This document shows positions 10,219 to 18,863 of a stretch of DNA of 64,000 nucleotides, piece after piece. The position numbers and the translations under genes were made by a program. Source of the stretch: Nitrospinaceae bacterium (lineage in GTDB: Bacteria; Nitrospinota; Nitrospinia; Nitrospinales; VA-1); contig JBHHVU010000006.1 of assembly GCA_046754465.1 (NCBI GenBank), positions 33,116-97,115 on the forward strand. The letters run 5' to 3'. The notes under the pieces were generated by a model that did not search any database, had not been told where the DNA came from, and was given only the letters and a program-made list of their open reading frames with translations. How positions within the stretch are numbered: position 1 is the first letter of the stretch; every line of letters starts with the position of its first letter.

Positions 10219-10653
10219 TCACAAGTTCATACGCCACACGTTGGATCCCGTTTCGTCCAACATATCCACTTCCGTTTTATTTTGTAATTTTTTAAACGCC
10301 GAAAAGTCCCTTTCCTTGAGAATTTCCAGGGTCCTCCGTTTTCGCATCGCGGCCAACAGCTCCTGTTTTTTGCTCTCAAACTTCTCCGCGACTTCGGCGA
10401 TCACCTTTTCCTGGCGCGTCTTTTCCAGTTGAACCCCCATGAAAAAATTATTGTATAGCATCATGGAGTTGACGCTCATCTCCTCGCCCATTTTCCGGTT
10501 CAATTGTTTTTTCCGGTCTTCCGTGATGTCTTCCATAAACCGCAGGCGTTCTTTCTGGTTTTGGAGATGGGAAAGGATCCGGCCCAGTTCTTTTTGAATC
10601 AGGTCTTCCCGTTCCTTATTCACTTTCAACAGGGTTTCAAAACGAAACTTCAC
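10219..10653 (-). CDS. fliJ: Flagellar export protein FliJ
   Basis: MKFRFETLL, LEILKER, MLDE; follows fliI. Confidence 0.88.
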   Translation of the reverse strand: MKFRFETLLKVNKEREDLIQKELGRILSHLQNQKERLRFMEDITEDRKKQLNRKMGEEMSVNSMMLYNNFFMGVQLEKTRQEKVIAEVAEKFESKKQELLAAMRKRRTLEILKERDFSAFKKLQNKTEVDMLDETGSNVWRMNL

Positions 10654-11978
10654 GTCCCTTTCTCCACAATGGCTTTCAATTCATGAAAACTTTGTTGCAG
10701 GTCGACCCTCTCTTCCATTCCCTGGCGAAGGTACTGGTTCATCCGCTCCAATTTATCGATGGCGTTGTCGATCTTGGGATTGCTCCCGCGGGTGTAGGCC
10801 CCGATATTGATCAGGTCCTTGGCTTCCCGGTAAGTCGCGAGGATATCCTTGAATAGCATGGAGGATTCGTAATGCTCCCTGGAAATCACGTCGATCATCA
10901 AACGGCTGATGCTGTTGAGTATGTCGACGGCGGGATAATGGTTGTGCGATGCGAGCTCCCGGCTGAGAACCAGGTGGCCGTCGAGGATCGCCCGGACGGC
11001 ATCCGAGATGGGTTCGTTCAAATCGTCGCCCTCCACCAGGACCGTGTAGAGTCCGGTAATGGTGCCCTCGGCGTGATGGGTCCCGGCCCTTTCCAAAAGT
11101 TTGGGAAGCATGGAAAATACGGAAGGCGTGTACCCCCGGGTCGTGGGAGGTTCCCCGACAGAAAGCCCGATCTCCCGCTGGGCCAGGGCGAACCGGGTGA
11201 CCGAGTCCATCATGAGGATCACGTCCTTTCCCTGGTCGCGGAAAAATTCGGCGATGGTGGTGGCGATGAACGCTCCGCGCAAGCGCACCAGGGGCGGTTG
11301 GTCCGAGGCAGCGGCCACCACGACGGATTTTTTCAACCCTTCGGCCCCAAGATTTTCCTCGATAAACTCCTTGACCTCCCTGCCGCGTTCCCCGATCAGG
11401 GCGATCACGTTCACATCCGCTTTCGTATTGCGGGCGATCATTCCCATCAGCACGGATTTGCCCACTCCCGTTCCCGCGAGGATGCCGATGCGCTGACCCT
11501 TGGCGCAGGTGAGGAGACCGTTGATGGACCGGATGCCGACATCGAGGGGTTCTTGAACCCGCTGCCGTTCCAAGGGGTTCAACGGGGTTCCCATCAGGGG
11601 ATATTCCATCATGGGGGGGATGGGACCCTTGCCGTCCAGTGGACGGCCGTTGCCGTCGATCACGCGGCCGATCAGCTTGGGACTCACATTGACGGTCGGG
11701 TACTCGTCTTCCGATTCGATGATGCTTCCGGGTTGGATGCCGATCATGTCTCCCAGGGGCATGAGTAGGGTCCGATTGTCGCGGAATCCCACCACCTGGG
11801 CTTCCACTGGGGGACGGTGGTTTCCGGGATGAATGGTGCAGATACTGCCGACGGAGGCTGCCGGCCCGTTCCCTTCGAGGATCAGGCCGATGATCCGGTT
11901 CACCTTGCCCGTTTTTCGTACAAAGGAAGAGTTTTCGATGAAGGAGCGGTATTTTTTCAGATCAATGGTATCTTCCAT
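10650..11978 (-). CDS. fliI: Flagellar export ATPase FliI
   Basis: AGTGVGKS, IGERGREV, MDSVTRFA, GEPPTTRGY, ILDGH. Confidence 0.96.
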   Translation of the reverse strand: MEDTIDLKKYRSFIENSSFVRKTGKVNRIIGLILEGNGPAASVGSICTIHPGNHRPPVEAQVVGFRDNRTLLMPLGDMIGIQPGSIIESEDEYPTVNVSPKLIGRVIDGNGRPLDGKGPIPPMMEYPLMGTPLNPLERQRVQEPLDVGIRSINGLLTCAKGQRIGILAGTGVGKSVLMGMIARNTKADVNVIALIGERGREVKEFIEENLGAEGLKKSVVVAAASDQPPLVRLRGAFIATTIAEFFRDQGKDVILMMDSVTRFALAQREIGLSVGEPPTTRGYTPSVFSMLPKLLERAGTHHAEGTITGLYTVLVEGDDLNEPISDAVRAILDGHLVLSRELASHNHYPAVDILNSISRLMIDVISREHYESSMLFKDILATYREAKDLINIGAYTRGSNPKIDNAIDKLERMNQYLRQGMEERVDLQQSFHELKAIVEKGT

Positions 11979-11987
11979 GTCCGGTGC

Positions 11988-12797
11988 TCAGGAGCCGGGA
12001 TTCTGCTTCGGCGGTTCTTCGGGAGGCGGCGGCGTGAGGTGCAGGATTTTATCGATCTGGCCGCTCAGCTTGTCCATGCGGGCATCCACGGTCCCGAAGT
12101 TGGTTTCGATAATGCACCCGCCGCGTTCAATGCCTGAATGCGGTTCAAAAGTGATATTCTTGATCTCCCCGAACTGGCGCTGCAGCTCCGGACGGAAGTT
12201 TTCCGCGTATTCCTTGTCAACGGGATTGATCTTGATGGTCATCGATTCCTTGTCCAAAACCGATTGCACCGCCAGTTTGATCATTTCCTGAACACTGTCT
12301 TCCCGGGTGGACAGTTCAAACTCGATGACTTTCTTGACCAGGGAAATCACCATTTCGACCATTTCCCGTTCCACCTTGGAATACATTTTTTTCCGGAACC
12401 CGCTCAGATCCCGAATCGTATTTTGGAGGGTCTCCAGGAGGGGGCGAAATTCCTCCTTGGCATCGAGTTCCCCTTTTTTGAACCCTTCCTCGTATCCCGT
12501 TTTCCGCGCTTCCTTTTCCGCCTGTTCTTTTATTTCGATCGCCTGGCGTTTGGCTTTTTGAATGGCGTCGGCCAGGATTTCTTTGACACCCTGCTTGGCT
12601 TTTTGAATTTTTTTGGCGTCAAAGTTTGTGGCCTCCTCGGAATCGTAGACGAATCCGCCTCCCTTGCCTTTGTTTTGTGACACCAGTTCGAGCAACTCGA
12701 AATCGCGGACCTGTTCCCGTGAGGGTTCCCCGGGGGAGGGCTCGGGGGATTCAACGGCCTGGTAACTGCGGATGAAAGTTTTTGGATTTTTATACAA
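11988..12797 (-). CDS. fliH: Flagellar assembly protein FliH
   Basis: GYEEGFKKG repeat, GGCIIETNFGTVDAR; between fliG and fliI. Confidence 0.92.
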   Translation of the reverse strand: MYKNPKTFIRSYQAVESPEPSPGEPSREQVRDFELLELVSQNKGKGGGFVYDSEEATNFDAKKIQKAKQGVKEILADAIQKAKRQAIEIKEQAEKEARKTGYEEGFKKGELDAKEEFRPLLETLQNTIRDLSGFRKKMYSKVEREMVEMVISLVKKVIEFELSTREDSVQEMIKLAVQSVLDKESMTIKINPVDKEYAENFRPELQRQFGEIKNITFEPHSGIERGGCIIETNFGTVDARMDKLSGQIDKILHLTPPPPEEPPKQNPGS

Positions 12798-13800
12798 GTT
12801 CTTCCCCTCCTCCGCCCCCGATCACCAATTTCCCCTCTTCTTCGAGGCGCTTGCAGATGGAAACGATTTTCTGCTGGGCTTTCTCCACTTCGCTGATCTT
12901 CGTGGGGCCGAGAGCTTCCAGATCCTCTCTCAGCATCATGGCGGCCCGTTCGGACATGTTATGGAACCATTTCTCCTTGAGCTCTTCACTGGCGGTCTTG
13001 AGGGAAATGAGCAGGTCCTCCTGATTGATTTCCTTCAGGACCAACTGGAGGCCATGATCGTCGATCTTCTGGATATCTTCGTAAGTGAACCTCAGGTTGC
13101 GGATTTCGTTGGCCATGTCCGGGTCGACCTCGTCCATGGCGGACAAAATGGCCGTTTCGGTGGCCCGGTCGAGGGCTCCCATGATATGAGCGGCGGACTG
13201 AACGCCTCCCAGTTTGCTTCCCGATACGGCTCCAGACGTCCTGAACTCATTCTGCAACGCCTCGTCGAGCTCCCGGAGAATGCTGGGCGATACCCGCTCG
13301 AGGGTGGCCATGCGGTGGATGATTTCCATGCGGGCGTCTTCCGGCATTTCCCGCAGCGTCTGGCTGGCCACCGGGGCCTCCAGGTGGGCCATGACGATCG
13401 CTGCGGTTTGCGGGTGTTCATTGACGAGAAAGTTGGCGATGGTCTTGGGCTCCAACATGCGGAGCGTTTCCAGTCCGCCTCCCATTTCCTCGCCCGGAGT
13501 GGTGATGTTATTCAGGATTTCGGTGGCCTTGCCCGGGTCGAGCGCTTTCATCAGCGTCGATTTCAGAAAATCCATTCCCGCGATGCCCAGTCCGCCGGTG
13601 CCCGTTTCCACGCTGTCGTAAAATTCCCGGGTGATCGCGTCCATAGAGGGGATATCCACATCCCCCAGGGAGGACATGTAGTTGCCGAGTATCTGAATTT
13701 CCCGTTCATCCATGTTGGCCAGAACAGCGGCGGCGATCTCTTCTCCCATTGACATCAGCAGGATAGCCGCTCTTTCGGGTCCGGAATATTTTTTCGCCAT
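12790..13800 (-). CDS. fliG: Flagellar motor switch protein FliG
   Basis: RAAILLMSMG, EHPQ, NMSERAA motifs. Confidence 0.96.
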   Translation of the reverse strand: MAKKYSGPERAAILLMSMGEEIAAAVLANMDEREIQILGNYMSSLGDVDIPSMDAITREFYDSVETGTGGLGIAGMDFLKSTLMKALDPGKATEILNNITTPGEEMGGGLETLRMLEPKTIANFLVNEHPQTAAIVMAHLEAPVASQTLREMPEDARMEIIHRMATLERVSPSILRELDEALQNEFRTSGAVSGSKLGGVQSAAHIMGALDRATETAILSAMDEVDPDMANEIRNLRFTYEDIQKIDDHGLQLVLKEINQEDLLISLKTASEELKEKWFHNMSERAAMMLREDLEALGPTKISEVEKAQQKIVSICKRLEEEGKLVIGGGGGEELV

Positions 13801-13818
13801 GGCAGTGTCCCGGAAAGT

Positions 13819-15411
13819 TTAAGTCGGCGCCCCTTTTTCCCGCATCCATTTCCGGATGATGCCGGCGGTAAACTTAGGATCGTTGTTGGCAAATTCCGTA
13901 ACCGCTTTACGAATTTCCGCCGACTCGGCTCCCGCCTCCTGAAGACGTTTTTTCTCTTCCTGGATCTCGTCCCTTTCCGAGGATGTCAACTGGGCCTGGG
14001 TGTCTGGCACCACCTCCATGGAGGTGGTCATCCAGTTGATGATGGGGCGAATGACGCGGGTGAAGAAAAGGAGAATGAACAGAGCGCCCAGGATATATTT
14101 GGCGATCTGAAAGGCCAGATCCATGGTCTCAGCCTTGGCGATCCGCTCTTGTTGATCCTTGACGAATGTCCGGTCGAACTGAATATTTTCCACCTTGACC
14201 TGGTCGCCCCGTTTTTCATTGTAGCCCACCGTGGATTTCACGATCTGCAGATATTTGGCCATTTCCTCTTCGGACCGAGGCTGGTACTTGGGCGGATCCC
14301 CCGCGGTGGTTCCATCGATGAGCACGGCCACGGAAAGATTTTTGAGCGTGCCGACAGGCTTGACCACTTGCCGGACGATCTTGTTGATTTCGTAATTGAA
14401 CGTTTGGTTTTCCTTGTCCCTTTTCGCCGGCTGCCCCGCGCCCGCCGCCTTACCCTGTTCCCCGGGAACGAGACTTTGAACTCCGGCGACGCCTCCCGGA
14501 GGCAGGGCCCCCAGGGTCGATTCGGTCACGAATTGTTCACTGCGGACCACCTGGGAGTCCGGATCGAAAATCTCCTCGGTCTGTTCCTGTTTTTCAAAAT
14601 CAAGATCGGCGTTGACCCGCGCGATGACCTTGCCTTGTCCCAAGGCATCCTCCAGCATTTTGACGATATTGTCCTGCAGCTCTTTTTCGACCCGGATTTT
14701 GTGTTGAAAGTTGGTGGCAGTGAGAATGGCATCCGAGTTTCCCGTATTCCCGCCGGAGAGGATGTTTCCCTGCAGATCAACGACCACCACGTCCCGGGCC
14801 TCGATCCCCTCGACACTGGCGGAAACGAGATGGACGATTCCCTGGGCCTGGGATTTGCTCAGGGTTTTTCCCGGCTTGATTTTGACGGTGATCGAGGCCT
14901 TGCCCCGCGGCTTATCCTTGAGGAAAAGGGTCTCCTTGGGGATGACCAGGTGAACCCGGGCCTGCTCCACCGCGTCGAGGGTTTTAATGGTGCGGGCCAG
15001 TTCTCCCTGAAGCGCCCTCTGGTAATTCAGTTTTTGAATGAACTCGGTCATCCCCAGGGGAGTGTCTTCAAAGATTTCCAGTCCGACCTCCCCGCCCTCC
15101 GGCAAACCCTCGCTGGCGAGCTGGAGGCGGATCTCATGCAGTTTGCCAGCGGGAACCCGGATGGTTTGCCCACCTTCGGAAAGTTCGTAAGGGATTTTTT
15201 TTGATTTCAGTTGTTCGACGATTTTGGCGGCGTCCTGGGGAGGCAGTTTGGCGTAGAGCAATTGAAAATCCGGCTCCTGCAGCCAGAGGGACATGGCGAA
15301 AAGGGAACCGATGGCGGCGGCGGCCAGAACAAGAACCCCCACCTTCCTGGCCTGGGAAAGTTCTCCGAACCGGACGACAAGTTGTTTGATGAACGTGATG
15401 AATCGTTCCAT
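13819..15411 (-). CDS. fliF: Flagellar M-ring protein FliF
   Basis: Two TMs, GLEIF, YQRALQGELARTI, ARVHLVIP, NYEINK. Confidence 0.96.
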   Translation of the reverse strand: MERFITFIKQLVVRFGELSQARKVGVLVLAAAAIGSLFAMSLWLQEPDFQLLYAKLPPQDAAKIVEQLKSKKIPYELSEGGQTIRVPAGKLHEIRLQLASEGLPEGGEVGLEIFEDTPLGMTEFIQKLNYQRALQGELARTIKTLDAVEQARVHLVIPKETLFLKDKPRGKASITVKIKPGKTLSKSQAQGIVHLVSASVEGIEARDVVVVDLQGNILSGGNTGNSDAILTATNFQHKIRVEKELQDNIVKMLEDALGQGKVIARVNADLDFEKQEQTEEIFDPDSQVVRSEQFVTESTLGALPPGGVAGVQSLVPGEQGKAAGAGQPAKRDKENQTFNYEINKIVRQVVKPVGTLKNLSVAVLIDGTTAGDPPKYQPRSEEEMAKYLQIVKSTVGYNEKRGDQVKVENIQFDRTFVKDQQERIAKAETMDLAFQIAKYILGALFILLFFTRVIRPIINWMTTSMEVVPDTQAQLTSSERDEIQEEKKRLQEAGAESAEIRKAVTEFANNDPKFTAGIIRKWMREKGAPT

Positions 15412-15459
15412 GATTTTACGTGCCGTGACTCCTCATTCCATCGGGAAATTCAAGGGCGG

Positions 15460-15897
15460 TCATCTCCCCAATTCAATGGCCCGAAGCGCCATGGCCTTGG
15501 CCGCGTTCATGGCCGTGATGTTGGCTTCAAAGGACCGGGTGGTCGTCATCATGTCAACCATTTCACTCACCACGTTGATGTTGGGCATGGATACATACCC
15601 CTTCGCATCGGCGTCGGGATGGTTGGGGTTGTAGACCGACCTGGGTTTCGTTGGGTCCTGGACCACGTTGGTCACCAACGCCTGCATCAGGTTTTCGCCG
15701 AATTCGCTTTTGAGAACGGAAGCAAAGTCGTTTTCCATTGGCAGGGCGCTCACCACCACATCCTTCCTCCGGTAAGGTCCGCCTTCAGGGGTTTGCGTCG
15801 TTTCCACATTGGCCAGGTTACTGGAGATGGTCTCCATGCGTTGACGCTGAACATTCAATCCCATGGCACTGAGCTTCATCGATGTCAAGAAATCCAT
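15460..15897 (-). CDS. flgC: Flagellar basal-body rod protein FlgC
   Basis: SNLAN, GGPYRRK, YNPNHPDAD, GYVSMPNIN, RSFEAN. Confidence 0.96.
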   Translation of the reverse strand: MDFLTSMKLSAMGLNVQRQRMETISSNLANVETTQTPEGGPYRRKDVVVSALPMENDFASVLKSEFGENLMQALVTNVVQDPTKPRSVYNPNHPDADAKGYVSMPNINVVSEMVDMMTTTRSFEANITAMNAAKAMALRAIELGR

Positions 15898-15978
15898 AAA
15901 ATCCCGCCTTCCAAAAAAGTTAAACGGATGAGAGTGACTCGGAGAAGGAAACTATACAAAGATTTCGCTTAATAATTA

Positions 15979-15994
15979 AGCAAAATTCATACCA
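15979..15994 (-). promoter_or_regulatory. Sigma54 (-24/-12) promoter of the flgC-fliF operon
   Basis: Minus strand TGGTATGAATTTTGCT: GG-N10-GC, close to TGGCAC-N5-TTGC, about 80 bp before flgC. Confidence 0.82.
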
Positions 15995-16128
15995 AATCCC
16001 CGCGCGATTCCGGCGGATTGATGCTCTTTTTAAAAATTTTAAATTGCAATTAATCAACATCTTCTAAAAAGTCCTCCGGATGGGGTTGCCCGGCTTTCGG
16101 ACAGGCCACAACCCCAGGGGCAAAAACT

Positions 16129-16142
16129 GTCATGAATTTGAC
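16129..16142. promoter_or_regulatory. FleQ-box-like enhancer palindrome
   Basis: GTCATGAATTTGAC (GTCA-N6-TGAC), 135 bp upstream of the sigma54 site. Confidence 0.6.
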
Positions 16143-16176
16143 GATTCCGGTAAATTTGAGTGGGTAGAAGGTGCCA

Positions 16177-17562
16177 TCAATCGGTTTTCTGGTACTCATT
16201 GAGTTTGTTGCGAAGGGTGCGGATGCTGATGCCGAGGGACTCCGCGGCCCGGGTTTTATTCCCGTTCACCTCTTCAAGGGTCTGCATGATCAATTCTTTT
16301 TCCATTTCATGGATGGTCCCGCGAAATTTTAACAGCGGTTTGGCATCGGAACCCATTTCCTGTTCCGAATCTTCTTCGATAAAGAGATGGGACGGCTGCA
16401 AGGTTTCGCTTTTGCAAAGGAGGACCGCCCGTTCGATGATGTTGGCCAGTTCCCGGACATTGCCGGGCCAATGGTATTTTTTCAGAAGGGCAAGGGTGCC
16501 CTCGTCGATCGATTGAATGGACTTGTGGTTTTCCCGGCAATGGACGCGAAGAAAATGTTCGGCCAACAGGGGGATATCCTCTTTCCTTTCTCTCACGGGC
16601 GGCAGCTTGATGGGGATGACGTTCAAGCGATAATACAGGTCTTCCCGGAACTGGTTTTCCTTGATGCGTTTTTTGATATCCCGATTGGTGGTGGCGATCA
16701 CGCGCACGTCGACGGGAATGGGTTCCTTGCCGCCCACCTTGTCGATTTCGTGTTCCTGAAGGACACGGAGAAGTTTGGCCTGTAAAGGGAAGCTCATTTC
16801 GGTGACTTCATCGAGCAGCAGGGTTCCCCGATGGGCGAGTTCGAATTTTCCTTCCTTGCGGAAGGTGGCCCCGGTGAACGCCCCCTTTTCATGACCGAAC
16901 ATTTCGGTTTCCAGGAGTCCCTCGGGCAGCGCCGCGCAATTGATGGGCATGAAAGGCTTGTCCGACCGGGGACTGCATTGATGGATATACCGGGCGATCA
17001 GTTCCTTGCCGGTTCCGGTTTCGCCGATGATCAGAACCGTGGATTTGCTGTACGCGATATTTTCCACGAATTTCAGGAGTTTTTGCATTTCCCCGTTTTG
17101 CGTGATGAACTTCCGGACCCCTTCCGTTGGGGCGGCCGATGTTTCCGTGGGGGCCGGACTGGGGGAAGAAAACGAATCCTTCAGAAACGCCCGGTTGACG
17201 GTGGAAATCAGGATTTCCGCGGAAAACGGTTTGAGAAGATAATCGAACGCCCCCACTTTCATGGTTTCCACGGCGTTGTCAATATCCCCATAGGCCGTCA
17301 TCATGATGACGATGGTTTGCGGGGACCGGGTTTTTATGGCCCGCAGGAGTTCGACCCCATCCATCCGGGGCATTTTGACATCGGTCAGAACGAGGTCAAA
17401 CCTCTCGGCTTCAAACCGGTCGAGGGCCTGCCGGCCGTCCGCCGCACACCAAGGCCGGTAACCCTCCCGTTTCAGAGTGGTCTCGAGGGCGACTCTCATT
17501 TCGCTTTCGTCATCGACGATCAGAATGTTTTTCTCGGAATTATTCTTCATCGAGTTCATCAT
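16177..17562 (-). CDS. Sigma54-dependent response regulator, FleR/FlrC-like
   Basis: Receiver (ILIVDD, DVKMP), GETGTGKE, GAFTGA, Fis HTH (TRAAESLGISIRTLRNKL). Confidence 0.92.
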   Translation of the reverse strand: MMNSMKNNSEKNILIVDDESEMRVALETTLKREGYRPWCAADGRQALDRFEAERFDLVLTDVKMPRMDGVELLRAIKTRSPQTIVIMMTAYGDIDNAVETMKVGAFDYLLKPFSAEILISTVNRAFLKDSFSSPSPAPTETSAAPTEGVRKFITQNGEMQKLLKFVENIAYSKSTVLIIGETGTGKELIARYIHQCSPRSDKPFMPINCAALPEGLLETEMFGHEKGAFTGATFRKEGKFELAHRGTLLLDEVTEMSFPLQAKLLRVLQEHEIDKVGGKEPIPVDVRVIATTNRDIKKRIKENQFREDLYYRLNVIPIKLPPVRERKEDIPLLAEHFLRVHCRENHKSIQSIDEGTLALLKKYHWPGNVRELANIIERAVLLCKSETLQPSHLFIEEDSEQEMGSDAKPLLKFRGTIHEMEKELIMQTLEEVNGNKTRAAESLGISIRTLRNKLNEYQKTD

Positions 17563-18811
17563 CCCAGCACGGTAATTTAACGATAAAGGATGTCTGTTTG
17601 CCTTCCTCGCTCTCCGCGTCGATGGTTCCCTGATGTGCCTTGATGATATTGTGTGAAATGGACAGGCCCAGGCCTGTTCCCTTGTCCTTGGTGGAGAAGA
17701 AGGGATTGAAGATTTTCATGAGGTGCCCGGGAGCGATGCCCCCGCCGGTGTCCGTCACGATGATGGTGATGAACTGCGGCCGGTCCGGGTCCGGCCCGGA
17801 GGGGTGGGTGGAGACAGTCACTTTTTCCGTGGCCAATCGCAGGACTCCCCCCTCGGGCATGGCCTGAATGCCGTTGCGGATGAGGTTGATGAATACCTGC
17901 CGCAACAGTTCGCTGTCTCCTTTCACCAGCATCTCCCCCTTCCCGAATCGGCGGTCGATTTTTATGTTGCCGGGAACCACGATATCCGGAGACCCATCGA
18001 GCAGGCTGGAAAGGAGTTCGTTGGTATCGCATTTCTGACGCGAGGGGCGGGGGGATTTCGCGAACAGCAGCAGGGTGGAGATGATCCGGTCCATGTTTTT
18101 GACTCCGGAACAGATGTGTTCGACCAGGTGGCTTTTCTCTTCATCTTGTTCCAGGTCTTTTTTCAACAGGGAGGCGAAGAGTTCGATGCTGCCGAGGGGG
18201 TTTCGGATTTCGTGGGCGATTCCCGCTGCCATTTCTCCCATCGCCCGCAACCGCTGGTTGCGTTGCGCCTCCACTTCCAACTGCCGGACGTGGGTCATGT
18301 CCTGAACGATTAAAACGGTTCCGATCTGGTTCTCGTCATGGTCGCGGACGGGCGAAGCGGAGATCCGCAAATGAATTTTACGGCCGGTTCGGGAAGTGAT
18401 TTCCCGGTCTCGGCTCATGGGTTGCCCCCCGTTTTTGGCCAGCCGGGCCACCAGGTTCTCGAACAAATCGTGCGGGAACACCTCCTCCAGCTGTTTGCCC
18501 AGACAAGAGTCGGGGTGGGATTCGGTGATGGTGCCCGCGGTTTTGTTGAAGGTCGTGATTTTGCCTTTTTGGTCGACGACGATGACCCCCGTGGTCAGGC
18601 TTTCCAGAATATTGTTGAGATAATTTTTGACTTCCTCTTTTTCCTTGAGATTTTTTTCCAGTTCCAGGTTCTTTTTCGCCAGTTCGAGACGAAGCTTGTC
18701 GTAGGAGCCCTGGAGCTGCTGGGTCGCTTCATTGAAGGCCTTGAAGGCCTGGCTTAGAAGTTCGATTTCCTTTTGGGTTTTTTTTCCCTGGTGGGGCTGG
18801 TTCATGAACAA
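17540..18811 (-). CDS. Cytoplasmic PAS histidine kinase, FleS/FlrB-like
   Basis: Coiled coil, PAS, AHEIRNPL H-box, DTGGG and GTGLGL; no TM. Confidence 0.9.
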   Translation of the reverse strand: MFMNQPHQGKKTQKEIELLSQAFKAFNEATQQLQGSYDKLRLELAKKNLELEKNLKEKEEVKNYLNNILESLTTGVIVVDQKGKITTFNKTAGTITESHPDSCLGKQLEEVFPHDLFENLVARLAKNGGQPMSRDREITSRTGRKIHLRISASPVRDHDENQIGTVLIVQDMTHVRQLEVEAQRNQRLRAMGEMAAGIAHEIRNPLGSIELFASLLKKDLEQDEEKSHLVEHICSGVKNMDRIISTLLLFAKSPRPSRQKCDTNELLSSLLDGSPDIVVPGNIKIDRRFGKGEMLVKGDSELLRQVFINLIRNGIQAMPEGGVLRLATEKVTVSTHPSGPDPDRPQFITIIVTDTGGGIAPGHLMKIFNPFFSTKDKGTGLGLSISHNIIKAHQGTIDAESEEGKQTSFIVKLPCWDDELDEE

Positions 18812-18863
18812 ATCATGCCACGGGTGAGGGGTGGACCGAATTTCCTTTTTCCATTATAAAGGA

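Noticed and set aside
16052..16064. IHF sites between enhancer and sigma54 promoter (also near 21525-21545)
   Set aside because: AATCAA cores are present but the TTR element mismatches; plausible yet too weak to call
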